64,000 nt of DNA from positions 64,001 through 128,000 of the IMG/VR virus record IMGVR_UViG_3300028392_001993; one strand, given 5' to 3'. Positions 55,401 to 62,690 of the stretch are shown here, one piece after another; the stretch's first letter is position 1; each line of letters starts with the position of its first letter. Both the position numbers and the translations under genes were made by a program. Source of the DNA: a virus. The notes under the pieces were generated by a model, which ran no database searches, was not told where the DNA came from, and saw nothing but the letters and a program-made list of their open reading frames with translations.

Positions 55401-57753
55401 TGTACAAAGGTGCCTGTTGAACTGCAGTCTTTTGTTGTGCCTGGATCCAAGCAGTTCCATCGTACCAAAATGTTTTTCCAGCAATGGTTTCACCGTTCAA
55501 ACAAACAGTAGATTCATCTAGCTGTACTGCACCGTCTGCGGCTTCGGTCAACACGATAATTGGCTGTGATATAAGTGGCGGTATAGTATCTGGGGTTGCA
55601 AAACTTACCACATAAATTTTATCACGCACACTGAGATCAGTGTCCGCGGCAAATATAACTCGCGACCCTTCAACCAATGTGTAACCATTGGTGGTGTAAC
55701 TGGTGGTGCCTTCTACGTTTGAAAACGCATCAGTTTCTGCAAAGTCAATGATATCCACTGGTGCTTTGCCTTTGGTACCCATATTCCATAAACGAATACC
55801 TGGACGGAACTGTATGATTGGCCGCTTGGCTCTAAAATTATTGTCTAGGTCGGCGACTGTGTTGTTGTATTTGGCTGTGGCATTGATTACATCAATGTGG
55901 AACCAGCGGTTACTTCTTGTCCAGGCATTTAAGTCTCGGCTGGCACGACTAATGGTCAAGTAATCTATATCCCCTGGTTCTACTGCAATTGTGCTGTCAT
56001 TGTAATCTGAAGCATAACTTTCGTAGACTGCAAAGTCTTCAACTGGCAATAGATCAATTGCTGAGCCAACACCACTCACATAGTATTCGTGATCGCTAAT
56101 GGCAATTGAATTCATTGTGCCTGTGCCGTTTAACAACGTTACCGCTGGGCCATTAGGCACTGCACTTACTGTAAACTTGATTCCACTGGCCGCAATTGAT
56201 CTCACATAGTATGTTGTACCAGCGGTCAAGCCGCCCAGTGTTGGTGTTAAGAATACAACTGCTTGTCCTACATACAAATGAGTAGCATTGTAGTAGGTGA
56301 TATAGTTTGTGCCAGCTTCAGTAGCAGTACATTGAAAACTACTAGTTCCCGAAGCATAGCTGGCAGGAACAACATCGCCAGTAAATTTTACTTTGAGACC
56401 ATTGGTAAATGTTACCCCGTTAGGACTTGTATATGTTTTTTTACCAATAATATTATCAATGTCAAGAGTGCTACTATTGCCCGGTTCAACTAGTACAATT
56501 CGCCCAAAGATTTCTGAGTTAGTTCCAGACTGATAGTACAATGTGTCTTGTACCGCAGTCAGTAAAGGAATCTGTTGAAATGCTCCTACTGCATCTTTGT
56601 ACCACTGAGTATTGCTGTATACGGCACCATAGCTGATGTTAAATTTATTAAGATTTGCAATATCTGACGTTTTGCTTAGGTTGATGTAGGTAACACCGCC
56701 ATTATCTACATAGGTAATGGTCCAGACTTGATATCTGTCTTCTGGTGGTATGTCTGTTGTTTGACTAAATGTTGTGGTGTCATAACTACCAACCAATCCA
56801 TTGTTGGCTGCACCGGCTGCCAACGGATCAAAAAAAGTAGTGCGTTGCCAGCCGCCTGCTTCGGCATCAGTAATAGGGTTGGTGAATATCAATGTGCGGT
56901 TGTTTAGATTGGTAATGCCATCTATGCCGCCATATTCTAAAATAAAGTCTGTTAGTGATCGATTATTGATTTGATCAAACTGTAAGTTAGTTACCAAGTC
57001 AATGGTGCCAATGCTGTTTAGGTTATAATAAAAACTTTGTGCGTCTTTGAGTGGTGCATTGAATACCACAGTACCAGAACTAGTACCGTTGTCAGCTACC
57101 CCATAAACATCTCTTGAGCTGATGTTAGGAGTGGCAGGCATGGTACCTGCGATTCCCGGTGCTGCCTGAATCCAAAATTGGTCAGTGACCTGGAAAGTGT
57201 AACTGCCGCCACGCACCAATTCGATTACAGGGTTGTTGCCAATTACACCTGAGAAGTTGTAGGCATTGCCATTGGTTGTGACCACGTAGTTAGCAGTGGT
57301 AGGTATTCCAGTAGAACTAACACTTACTGCCGCAGGGCCGCCTGGAATCCAATAGTATTGACTAAAGTTTATAAATGCATCAAAGTCAACAAACGGATCC
57401 CAGGTATAATATTCGCTTGAATACAGTCTATCTGGGCGACCACTGTTGCCACCTTGGAACCCCACAGCATCGTTGATGCCAGGATATGTAATGGCATTTT
57501 TAATAGTGCTAGAATCAGGCACAAGACTGACCACGCCCGGTTCAAGCTGATAGTCAGCTCGTGTCTTGGTGGGTTCAATTACATATTTGTCGTTGGGGTT
57601 TATGCCCGGACCAACAGTACGACCAATAAAGCCTTGTGTTTTTCTAAAGTTAGGCTCTTGAATCAGTTGGTCAAGTGTGGCAGCCAAGAATTGCTTGTTG
57701 GCATCGGTCTGAAAAATTTCAGGAAGAAAATCTACGCTACGTGTGTTGGCCAT
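43441..57753 (-). CDS. Giant (4770 aa) baseplate/tail structural protein with FG-GAP beta-propeller blades, CBM5/12-like modules and Ig-like repeats
   Basis: One uninterrupted 14.3-kb ORF directly after the gp6-like gene; FG-GAP-like repeats (FGYSVAMS...IGAPG, FGAAV...VGAPKDD); GSGY repeats; W-x5-7-Y..G..V.Y modules. Confidence 0.75.
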   Translation of the reverse strand: MANTRSVDFLPEIFQTDANKQFLAATLDQLIQEPNFRKTQGFIGRTVGPGINPNDKYVIEPTKTRADYQLEPGVVSLVPDSSTIKNAITYPGINDAVGFQGGNSGRPDRLYSSEYYTWDPFVDFDAFINFSQYYWIPGGPAAVSVSSTGIPTTANYVVTTNGNAYNFSGVIGNNPVIELVRGGSYTFQVTDQFWIQAAPGIAGTMPATPNISSRDVYGVADNGTSSGTVVFNAPLKDAQSFYYNLNSIGTIDLVTNLQFDQINNRSLTDFILEYGGIDGITNLNNRTLIFTNPITDAEAGGWQRTTFFDPLAAGAANNGLVGSYDTTTFSQTTDIPPEDRYQVWTITYVDNGGVTYINLSKTSDIANLNKFNISYGAVYSNTQWYKDAVGAFQQIPLLTAVQDTLYYQSGTNSEIFGRIVLVEPGNSSTLDIDNIIGKKTYTSPNGVTFTNGLKVKFTGDVVPASYASGTSSFQCTATEAGTNYITYYNATHLYVGQAVVFLTPTLGGLTAGTTYYVRSIAASGIKFTVSAVPNGPAVTLLNGTGTMNSIAISDHEYYVSGVGSAIDLLPVEDFAVYESYASDYNDSTIAVEPGDIDYLTISRASRDLNAWTRSNRWFHIDVINATAKYNNTVADLDNNFRAKRPIIQFRPGIRLWNMGTKGKAPVDIIDFAETDAFSNVEGTTSYTTNGYTLVEGSRVIFAADTDLSVRDKIYVVSFATPDTIPPLISQPIIVLTEAADGAVQLDESTVCLNGETIAGKTFWYDGTAWIQAQQKTAVQQAPLYNVYDTEGVSFGNKVKYQSSDFTGSKLFSYAVGDTTILDPVLQFPLQYLNINNVGDILFDNNLYVDTFTYTIDNVSTTYPISSGAAREYEDRVTYHKLIGWQTAAVTQQIYQQFKFTYTGQTLKLDVPVLAQSSIAFPVIKVYVGSVFIEPSMYTYTVGTDNTVITLTDIYLPTDVIEVLALSDQTSNVGFYQVPNNLQSNPFNSNSPAFTLGTIRTHYESICENLLTLTGPINGSNNSRDLGNIIPYGLEILQQSSPLTLAGYFMRSPSYNIFESLQYNSREYIKFKAQMLDAVLIQNNIALKTTSSILDQAIQDITLGKLDTQPFYWGDMIPQGVTTYSNTYTVGLTTRATFDTVQVYNYTSSNYLGLCVYLNNDILTRDKDYVVAVDGPRLTISATLAIGDTVIINEYNATYGSFVPNTPSKMGLYPKWQPEITTLVTSNGTGEFIIGHDGSETPVFGDIRDQVLLEFETRIYSNIKQDGNPVPLTVEDVLPGQFRDTGYTFEEINTIFGTDLLSYCGWNKLNYNEQVFSATNEFTWNYTSDTNKLNKQNLLGAWRGIYRYFYDTQQPSYSPWEMLGLEVEPSWWVGRYGPAPYTADNLVLWDDLEAGLVADPVAPYYKPKYSRPGLTSVIPTGGEGELLSPRDSVVGGVPLNQNISSRYQKSWAIGDGGPVEASWWNSSGYPFSVMHVLAVTRPAKFFALFADRDLYKFDTDYNQFLYNQRYRLDANGIEVYGNGTSKASYINWIVDYNRQTGIDSTDLLTADLKALDVRLCYRMASYSDKQYIKLLTEKSSPNSTNTTLTIPDESYNILLYKNQPFDQIRYSSVAVQKVDGGGGYAVFGYGSSQAYFEILQSQAVGKLQEYSAGGITVRVPTFYSNNVTQVPYGFVFANETAVSDFLLSYGKLLEKQGLTFTNIVNGYILDWSRMVNEFLYWSQQGWGSNAIINLNPLAMGLTVTRPGAVVDSIVTETSENLLLDQNSNEIPTRTLNVVRLGNTFTIQPLSTQSISYINLRFTNFEHMIVLSNKSVFGDLIYDPITGARQNRLNLVAVTTNDWNGSVDTPGFILNQDNVQEWTGLKRYTKGQIVKYKNVYWSALTIVQPSTKFDFNVWAQSNYNQIQLGLLPNLANKADQLANSYNINAANIETDNDLLAYGLIGFKPRQYLAALNLDDVSQVNVYRQFLGTKGTILAADLFKAANLGKEAADYTIYENWAVQRAVYGANANRSFLELRLDRALLSSNPSLVQVTVPQEPSQADQQIYLTDVWRSSYKLTSTDILPTTTELPTDIGLPTAGYVSLDDTDITVFDIANPSSLAANIDKIEVGTSIWVAKINNYDWGIYRAQAVPGQIQHVCDNLNGTSRVIFNDQHKLSVGDKLIIKFFDTEINGVYTVLGVPNLDTVNIAFTFTSNRSVANGSGIGFTLQTTRISQASDVDTLPYALNILPGAKVWVDDNGAGLWEVLQKNNVFSSIIALNPVLLDANEQYGQSVAQARNKLAALVGSPNYGFNTGTTKGAIYVYVKSYGDQYTPVSPVGQGDAILTLDVTGVRGYGNAVDFGNQNWAVAGASASLGSGSQANNGYACVIYRDPQLGAPGVIPYGQWQLLTQPAGYGTLLTGAGEFGYSVAMSLDERWMYIGAPGLNSIHAYGYVDWQSQFIKVFADGTTTSYAINSTIQINNEYQLKVTLNGQVQTVNVDYTIDNNFNIVTFTSIPGKTTAGGFNIGTTYTILTVGTTDYVAIGASSNTVGVTFVATGVGSGTGTAVANIIIEFARYNSFQIPYTVSTYNLAGVSSSLPGLFTATNIYSFSITVDGTLLRPNIDYTFSGTTVTFTGSYISSNIIVVKAEGYFEYVNTLTVAGLGATDRFGHSISCTTDGRQVMVGTPYTTVNGNAEAGQVYVFDRNVQRFIYGEDPSSVSFTVLGTTPTAPVSVIVNNEFYINQTNSVINAPDSFTVSGNTVTIFADLQVGDIVEIETNQFNLLQTVAQNTAANYSNFGQAVAICDNNCSLYVGEPQSSVQIFKGGIVERFVNQSRIYGTITATVANPVLTVGNTLRVNNQDVMLTGTTVASLATAINNTVPNVLATVSTTGYLTISVKNSDAAAPFNKVQVAPGSVGTAFTTLGFNTFAWTQSITSPYPVEYAGFGSAISINDNAINLVVGAPRGTLYLETVFDDGTTYFDAGSTIFFSVIIQSGAIYTFDYLPSNSLSITNPGKFVFGQQVNNSQVGPYDQFGAAVNYTSGVLMVGAPKDDAGDSAANFGAVFVFENPTNSPAWAVVEIEQPTVDIRLLNSVFLYDRITSARTEFLDFINPLQGKILGAARANIDYVSAVDPASYNTGSTNLNNTTWFASHVGEIWWDISSVRFIDPNQDSITYASRRWAQLFPGSTVDVYQWVQSNTPPANYVGEGTPLNTTSYTINSNLSQDGTFATYYYFWVRGITVTSSQLGKTLPASTVASYITDPKASGIPYMAPINASTIALYNSADYISASDTIISIEYDREYNNDNVHVEYELIPQDRADGFLSDNLYRKLQDSFCGVDTFGNKVPDPNLGPSERYGVQFRPRQSMFVDRFLALKNYLKRVNAVLAQYPISESRSFYLLNSSEPIPPQTVVVDSVTETLWDLQVANLEILSFQTPYWSNPNGSIPLGYKYLVATDSLNRGLWTIYTVEESDTAPGTRVLTLTRVQGYNTPDYWSYINWYRPGYNSSTKVVAEVATYSVLATLTVPIGSSVKVTANAQGKFEIYLLTDLGWERVALQDGTIEFSAELWDYALGRFGFDVEVFDAQYFDQEPVTETRKIIQAINQELLIDDLAIQRNKALVLMFNFVLSEFSAPEWLVKTSLIDVDHRIRQLIPYQNYVIDNQEFVQDYIQEVKPYHVSVREFNLKYTGFDEFFGDLTDFDLPAYYNTALEVPTFTSPILLPYAHGDAFNSQTNTQSDLPATSAVWTTWPYNQWYSNYLLVLDSVEIIDSGSGYTEPPLVVITGDAVESAEAVAIINSLGKVVAVNVTNPGSGYSQTPAITFDGGNGTEARAYARMNNNLVRSFRTVIKYDRFQYFSDVMTWNPDGTYQSGMLVRYEDRVWQATPADSTAVVGPAFNLEDWTVVPARNLTGVDRTMGYYVPGVNQPGLELPLLIDGVDYPGVQVYGDYFLRDPLSIDATYSSEFTDTTLGDLPTDINIDGGEFIGLYEGHSPEELINGAEFDTLDFRVYTRPGADWNRDGHGFQWSTVRYTYDPAIALEYSWANVVDHPVEVLVSDITTGKDLTRDVDYTIDWVNQTVVPVTVSSGDQFQINVFELGGGSQLYRANYIGGDIGETVIIPVNSAEITSVAVFINGSIISGVSWIPYTESTAWNILDTYNTLDVVNDSGNYYRALQTVPVGTSISNPLYWLEFTPTLQSLVDLGTDPGLTDGVALVAFGVNTIDAGNFVIGKSYTITEVGTTNWTAISAASSTLSVSFIATGIGSGTGNASTAYSWSTPQTQYTVADSSIVTNKTIVLTNSLQGSNSVNAVVTRNGLRLRPAEGIEWIGDDSSVSFGLPQRGGYSQQIINPTTDISVWVDNILQVQNAGATVGTYSVTNWTGSNTPGRQVVFTTPPVSGARILIAVSTVADYIIVGNQLQVRATVNLNDIFGITTWNDTAQLWPLTLVFQGPITSGLTITEPYDSTVYSPATTDFTSGSFDYAVGTSVASNDFYLERSLNNASRLWVTLDGYRLFEGVDYSVQGDYLILASGAIGASQVMVIEEFTNSVVPEAMAFRIFQDMRGVQATYRITEATTTTLAQDLSSTADIIYVTDASRLSTPDLVLGIFGVITINGERIMYRERSTALNTISSLLRGTAGTSAADHTTGASVYDMGRNNLLPIKYQDSVVSDSSMGDDSTTIFYAPSIAFADFADSTVETDAVEVYVGGERQYAYSDTSATSRYRYFITDYDPLAVEFVIDDAVSPPLTAPAAGAEVTILVRQGLNWYAQGDGTASDGIALQDTNTQAARFLRGL

Positions 57754-60700
57754 TAAACTACTCCGCTACCAGGTGCGGTACGCAAGTTGGTACTGGTCAA
57801 TGCTTCAATAACTTCAATGTTGTTGATTGTTGCACCATTTACAAATATTTCGTTTGGTGCTGAACGTATTTCATATAGATCACCAAAACTCTTTTGACTG
57901 TTGAGTGGTACCAAGACCACTGAACTGATAATTGTTCCAAGCTCTCTATGCAAGTAGGCTGCCAGTTCAGAGAAATAAAATGTGTCACCAAAGTTCCACT
58001 TGTCTATGCTAAAGTATGTGTTCATTGAGGCTACCACACTACTCTTGATCTCACTGGTACTGGCAGTGCTTCCTTGAGCACGAATCACTTTGATTGTGGC
58101 ACGTAATTCTTGTGAGGCTTTCTGGCCAAACAAAGGCTTGAATACTACCGAGTTCAAAATAATATTGTCGCTCAACATTTTGTAATTTTGCAAGCCTTGG
58201 TACTCGGTTGATAGTTCATCAATAGTGGGCACATCAGGTTCCATCACAGTACCTGTTGTGTCACGGATCCAGTTTTGATAGGCAGTATAATAGCTCAATG
58301 TCACAACATACAGGTCAATGATATTGGTAGTGCCTGGATCAATTCTGGCTGTCAGTGGAGCATTATGTCTATATTGGAAATATAAACTTTGACGCCCAGT
58401 TCTGGCAATCCATTCATTAGTGACATTGATCAAAGTTCTGGCACCAGTATAACTTACTGATAATTGGTAAAAGGCACTTTGCTCATAGGCATAAAATACT
58501 TGCCCTGGTGTCCAGGCGCTTTTTTGCAATTCAATTTCGTCGTATGTACCGTAGTCGCTGGTAACCAAGCCCGGCTCTACCAATAGGTAGCGTTGTAGGT
58601 TGTCGAAGTCCACCGTCTTTTGTAAGTACACGTACTTCTGTGTTGGGTTAGTAGTAGGCGCAACAATTTCACTAAAGAAATCTGGATTATCCGGCACACC
58701 ATCGTTGTCGTTATCACGGTAGCCTACTAACACCTGGAAGTCGTCAACATAGCCATCACTTTCCACCGGTTGTCCAGTAATAGTCATATAGATATCGCCT
58801 GGTAAATGGTCAGTGGAGTCAGGCCGGGTGTTCACTGCCAATACATTAATAAAGTCCTTGATCACCGTGCCTGTACGGCTGTCGTAAATTTGTCCATTGC
58901 TATAGTAGAAGAAACGTGTTTGGATAACTGATCCAAACGAGTATGCCAGGCCGCGGAAGGTAGTTGTGTAATTTTGATTTTGCACAACAAATTGTATTAA
59001 CCAACTTGCATCTAAGTTAGCGCCCGATGTGTTGCCGGCATACTGTTGACTCCAGGTACTATCTTGTGCCAAGTTAGTGCTAGAAATCAAATACCACGAA
59101 TATGGAGTACCAGTAATATCGCCGTTGTTGTCATAGCCCAAACCAAAGTTGCGATTTAACAAAATTTGTTCGGCAATACTTTGCTCTACCGATACCGGTA
59201 GATCTGTAACAAACAATGGAATAATTGTGTTAACTAATGCACCGGTAGGCACAAAATTATTAAGTGCAACAGGACCGGCGCCTGAAGTAAGATTGCCAAG
59301 ACCATTATTATATCCATTACCAACAATGCTGATTGGACTAGCCCAAATTTCTAACTTTTGATCTGCGGCAGTTGGAACACCTTGTTGTAGTTTATTGTTC
59401 TTGTCAAAGTAATAACCAGCAGGAGGAACAAACTTGATCAGGCTACCTACGGCCACATATTTGAATGCTGTGGTTGTGGTTGTACCCACTGGAATAGGCG
59501 AACCGGTAGGCCATTGAACAGAGTAAACATCATTTTTAAAGTATCCTGTGGTTTCGTTGGCCAGTGTGGTACTTTGTGTCCAGCTTGCACCAGGTACCCA
59601 GACGGTACCACCATATGTGGGCAAGGTAGTGGCTGTGACCCTGGGAAAGTTTTCATAGTAAAACTGCCGCATTGTAGTTGTTGCAATTGATGGCTGTACT
59701 TGATTAGTAACAAAGTCGGCTATCTCATTGCGGTTGGTCCACGAAAACAACACAGTAGGAAGGATATTCTGTTCCCATAATCCGCCGTCACTACCGAAAG
59801 TATTAGTTGAACTGTATTTGCCAGTATTATCAACCAAATCAAGATAACGACTTGTGCCAATACTAGCACGGTTGAGAGCTTTTGACTTAACAATAGAATT
59901 GTATTGTGTATATGGAAAAAGGTTGTAATCCTCGCCATTGACCATACGGTCTTGGGTGTAATATCTTGCAGGAGCACGTTGCTTAATAGCTTCAATTGGC
60001 TCACGTGCTTGGCTGTTACTTACTGGTTGAGTAATGCCACAAGTAAACGTTAGTGTTTCTAAGTTGCCAGAACGACTGATGTAACTGATTGGAATAGTCA
60101 CTGACTGCATTTCTTCAGGATTAATAATATATTGCAATCCGTTACTTGCGCGAACATACGCACGGAAAGTTCCTACTGGGATTTCTGAGAATACACCATC
60201 GCCGAACACCATGGTAATCTGATCGTTAGTGCGGCTTGTTACTGAATAGATAGGGCGCAGATCTGTGGCTGTTTGTTCTGCACCAGCTGAGTAAATGTTT
60301 TGAGTATACGCCCACTCTCGACTGACTGTGCCCACATTATCTAATTGAAACAACCAACGGTCTTCGTTGTTGACGCCTTCGATGTTGATGTTCACTGTGC
60401 GGTTGCTGACTTTTTCACTCAAATTAAAGTCTTGATTCTGTAGCACACCTTGCTTGAACATAAAGAAGTAACCGGTGTTGGCTGATTGAAAACCCAGGCT
60501 ATCGTTACGGAACAAGATATTGAATGGCACATTTGCTTGTGGTGGCGGCTCATACAAATATGTTTCGCCTGCTGACGTAGATGTCATTGCTTCAAAGGGC
60601 ATGTTCACGCCGTCAACAGTAGCAGTATAAGGCACCACTGGCAAGTATCCAGGCACTAGATTAATGCCGTATTCACTGGTAACTACACCTAATAAAGTTT

Positions 60701-61229
60701 GTTTGTTACCTGGTCGACCAACTTTTTGTGTATCAACTAAACTGGCGTTGATGACTGCTGTAAATTGTTCTTGCCAATCTGGATTGGTCTGATCTGCCCA
60801 GTTGATTGTGTAATTTGCTAAATTTACACCTTGATAGTCTACTACATTTTCTGTGGTTTGAACTGAAAATACTTTGAGCAATCCCTGTGCGGCAATATTG
60901 CGCTTGGCAGTGTAACTAACCAAGTTTGCTAAACGAACTACTGAGTCACGGCGCTCGGCTGTGTCCATGTAGTTTTCACGAGTGTTTAGATCTGTGCGGA
61001 AGGCCAGTGCCTGTCCCATGAACGCAATAACATCCAAGAGAGCAATGTATTCAGATGATTCAATATAGTCATTGAATGTTTCTGGATAATACAAGCGCAG
61101 GTAATCAACAAAACTTTTGCGCAGAGTTTCAAAATCATAACTTTGAAAGTCTGCTTCGCGATAGGTTTGATAGATTTGTTTCCAATCTTGTACACCAAAT
61201 ATCGCTGTTTGTCTAGTTGTTTTTGCCAT
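57753..61229 (-). CDS. Baseplate wedge protein, T4 gp6-like
   Basis: SYDFETLRKSFVDYLR...ESSEYIALLD...ENYMDTAERRDSVVRLANLVSY; QDRMVNGEDY; EIPVGTFRAYVRASNG. Confidence 0.88.
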   Translation of the reverse strand: MAKTTRQTAIFGVQDWKQIYQTYREADFQSYDFETLRKSFVDYLRLYYPETFNDYIESSEYIALLDVIAFMGQALAFRTDLNTRENYMDTAERRDSVVRLANLVSYTAKRNIAAQGLLKVFSVQTTENVVDYQGVNLANYTINWADQTNPDWQEQFTAVINASLVDTQKVGRPGNKQTLLGVVTSEYGINLVPGYLPVVPYTATVDGVNMPFEAMTSTSAGETYLYEPPPQANVPFNILFRNDSLGFQSANTGYFFMFKQGVLQNQDFNLSEKVSNRTVNINIEGVNNEDRWLFQLDNVGTVSREWAYTQNIYSAGAEQTATDLRPIYSVTSRTNDQITMVFGDGVFSEIPVGTFRAYVRASNGLQYIINPEEMQSVTIPISYISRSGNLETLTFTCGITQPVSNSQAREPIEAIKQRAPARYYTQDRMVNGEDYNLFPYTQYNSIVKSKALNRASIGTSRYLDLVDNTGKYSSTNTFGSDGGLWEQNILPTVLFSWTNRNEIADFVTNQVQPSIATTTMRQFYYENFPRVTATTLPTYGGTVWVPGASWTQSTTLANETTGYFKNDVYSVQWPTGSPIPVGTTTTTAFKYVAVGSLIKFVPPAGYYFDKNNKLQQGVPTAADQKLEIWASPISIVGNGYNNGLGNLTSGAGPVALNNFVPTGALVNTIIPLFVTDLPVSVEQSIAEQILLNRNFGLGYDNNGDITGTPYSWYLISSTNLAQDSTWSQQYAGNTSGANLDASWLIQFVVQNQNYTTTFRGLAYSFGSVIQTRFFYYSNGQIYDSRTGTVIKDFINVLAVNTRPDSTDHLPGDIYMTITGQPVESDGYVDDFQVLVGYRDNDNDGVPDNPDFFSEIVAPTTNPTQKYVYLQKTVDFDNLQRYLLVEPGLVTSDYGTYDEIELQKSAWTPGQVFYAYEQSAFYQLSVSYTGARTLINVTNEWIARTGRQSLYFQYRHNAPLTARIDPGTTNIIDLYVVTLSYYTAYQNWIRDTTGTVMEPDVPTIDELSTEYQGLQNYKMLSDNIILNSVVFKPLFGQKASQELRATIKVIRAQGSTASTSEIKSSVVASMNTYFSIDKWNFGDTFYFSELAAYLHRELGTIISSVVLVPLNSQKSFGDLYEIRSAPNEIFVNGATINNIEVIEALTSTNLRTAPGSGVV

Positions 61230-61248
61230 TATACTGAGCCTCTTCTTT

Positions 61249-61256
61249 TATTTATG
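61249..61256 (-). promoter_or_regulatory. T4-type late promoter box
   Basis: CATAAATA upstream of the gp6-like gene. Confidence 0.55.
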
Positions 61257-61276
61257 GGATTCAAAAACCGCTCAGT

Positions 61277-61654
61277 TTATACGTATGATGCCGAACGTTG
61301 CTGTAAGTCAAAGAAAATACTTAAACGTTGAGCATTGTCACTGGGTATTACTTGTAATTCAAGTTCAATTAGTATGCCATTCTCTTGTGGGAACACCTGG
61401 GTATCACTGATATAGATGCGTGGATCGCCGCCGGCTACCCGTTGTACTTCAGTTATGATAGAATTTTGTAGTTCTTCCAATTGGTTCTCAAACAAGAAGT
61501 CCCATAGCACAGTACCGTATGCAGGACGTCCTGGCAATTGGCCTTGACGTATGTTAAAGGCATTTAGCAGGTCGCGTTTGATCAAGGCAAAGTCCGTGAG
61601 TGTGAACTTTTTGTATTGATTTTGTGTGTTAAATCCAATGAATGTTTGTGCCAT
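61277..61654 (-). CDS. Baseplate wedge protein, gp25/GPW-like
   Basis: LIKRDLLNAFNIRQGQLPGRPAYGTVLWDFLFE...DPRI. Confidence 0.88.
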   Translation of the reverse strand: MAQTFIGFNTQNQYKKFTLTDFALIKRDLLNAFNIRQGQLPGRPAYGTVLWDFLFENQLEELQNSIITEVQRVAGGDPRIYISDTQVFPQENGILIELELQVIPSDNAQRLSIFFDLQQRSASYV

Positions 61655-61659
61655 AATGA

Positions 61660-61667
61660 TATTTATG
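61660..61667 (-). promoter_or_regulatory. T4-type late promoter box
   Basis: CATAAATA 5 nt before the gp25-like ATG. Confidence 0.55.
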
Positions 61668-61672
61668 GGTGC

Positions 61673-62689
61673 TTAACCAGCGGTATATTTGGGAATAGGT
61701 ATTTTTGGATCGCCAACAATTCTGGTAACAGCCGCATCTAGTGTGGCACGATTCACTGTGTCAATCTTGGGAATAGGAACGTCTTGTTCTTTGAATATTG
61801 TAGGGATTTTGTCAGCAACCAAGTTTACTGCGTATGCACCATCACGAACAGCACTAGAGAATGCTGATTGTATTGCACCTGTTGCATCACCTGGTATGGG
61901 TAATCCTTTAGCAAATGCTTCTGCACTGGGCAAACTTTTGGCCGCATTCAATGCCATGCCTGCAATGCCTTGGCTTGATAAACCGGCTACAGGAATACCC
62001 ACGGCTGCTAGTCCTGCTACACCTTTGGTCATAAGATCTTGTTGTATCAAACTTTGTTTGGTATCACTGCCCAACAAATCACCCACACCTTTGATGCCAT
62101 CTTTGCCGGTCCAGGCTGCTGGGCTTTTAACCACATCTGACAGCACACTTCCGGCGGCTGCCATTAACGCATTTGTGCCAGGTTTAACATAGCCTGCTGT
62201 TTCTAATTGTTTTACATCAAAACCAAATGAACCAACGCCTTTGCTGTTGCTGATCACTGACGAGGCCTGGCCCACTAGATTTTTGGCCTGGGCTAATACG
62301 CCATTTACTTCGGGTATGCTCATGGCCGCGATGCCACTTACAGCGCCTGACCCAGTGATACTGCTGGCAACCTTTGTAAAGTCTGCGGTGTTGATAGGAT
62401 TAGTAACTGGATAATCAGCAATGGTTTTTGTAATAGTTTCAATTGATTTTGTTGAAGTTGACCCTGGGAAGTAAAATCCACCTTTTGGCAAAATTGCGTT
62501 TTGAAGTCTAGATAGACCGCTCAAGTCGGACGTGGGCGCAGACAAAATAGTACCAGATGCAAGACCTACCAATGCACCAGTAGATTGTTGTTTATCAAAG
62601 ATTGCTTGAGCTTGATCTCTTGTGAGACTTTCGGGTCCTTTAATAGTAAATGTTTTTCCGTCAGGAGCAGTAAATGTAAATTCAGCCAT
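61673..62689 (-). CDS. Baseplate-region protein, possibly with a degenerate lysozyme-like domain
   Basis: Sits between the gp5-like and gp25-like genes; GVGSFGFDVKQLETAGYVKPG...AWTGKDGI...Q...QQDLM. Confidence 0.45.
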   Translation of the reverse strand: MAEFTFTAPDGKTFTIKGPESLTRDQAQAIFDKQQSTGALVGLASGTILSAPTSDLSGLSRLQNAILPKGGFYFPGSTSTKSIETITKTIADYPVTNPINTADFTKVASSITGSGAVSGIAAMSIPEVNGVLAQAKNLVGQASSVISNSKGVGSFGFDVKQLETAGYVKPGTNALMAAAGSVLSDVVKSPAAWTGKDGIKGVGDLLGSDTKQSLIQQDLMTKGVAGLAAVGIPVAGLSSQGIAGMALNAAKSLPSAEAFAKGLPIPGDATGAIQSAFSSAVRDGAYAVNLVADKIPTIFKEQDVPIPKIDTVNRATLDAAVTRIVGDPKIPIPKYTAG

Positions 62690-62690
62690 G

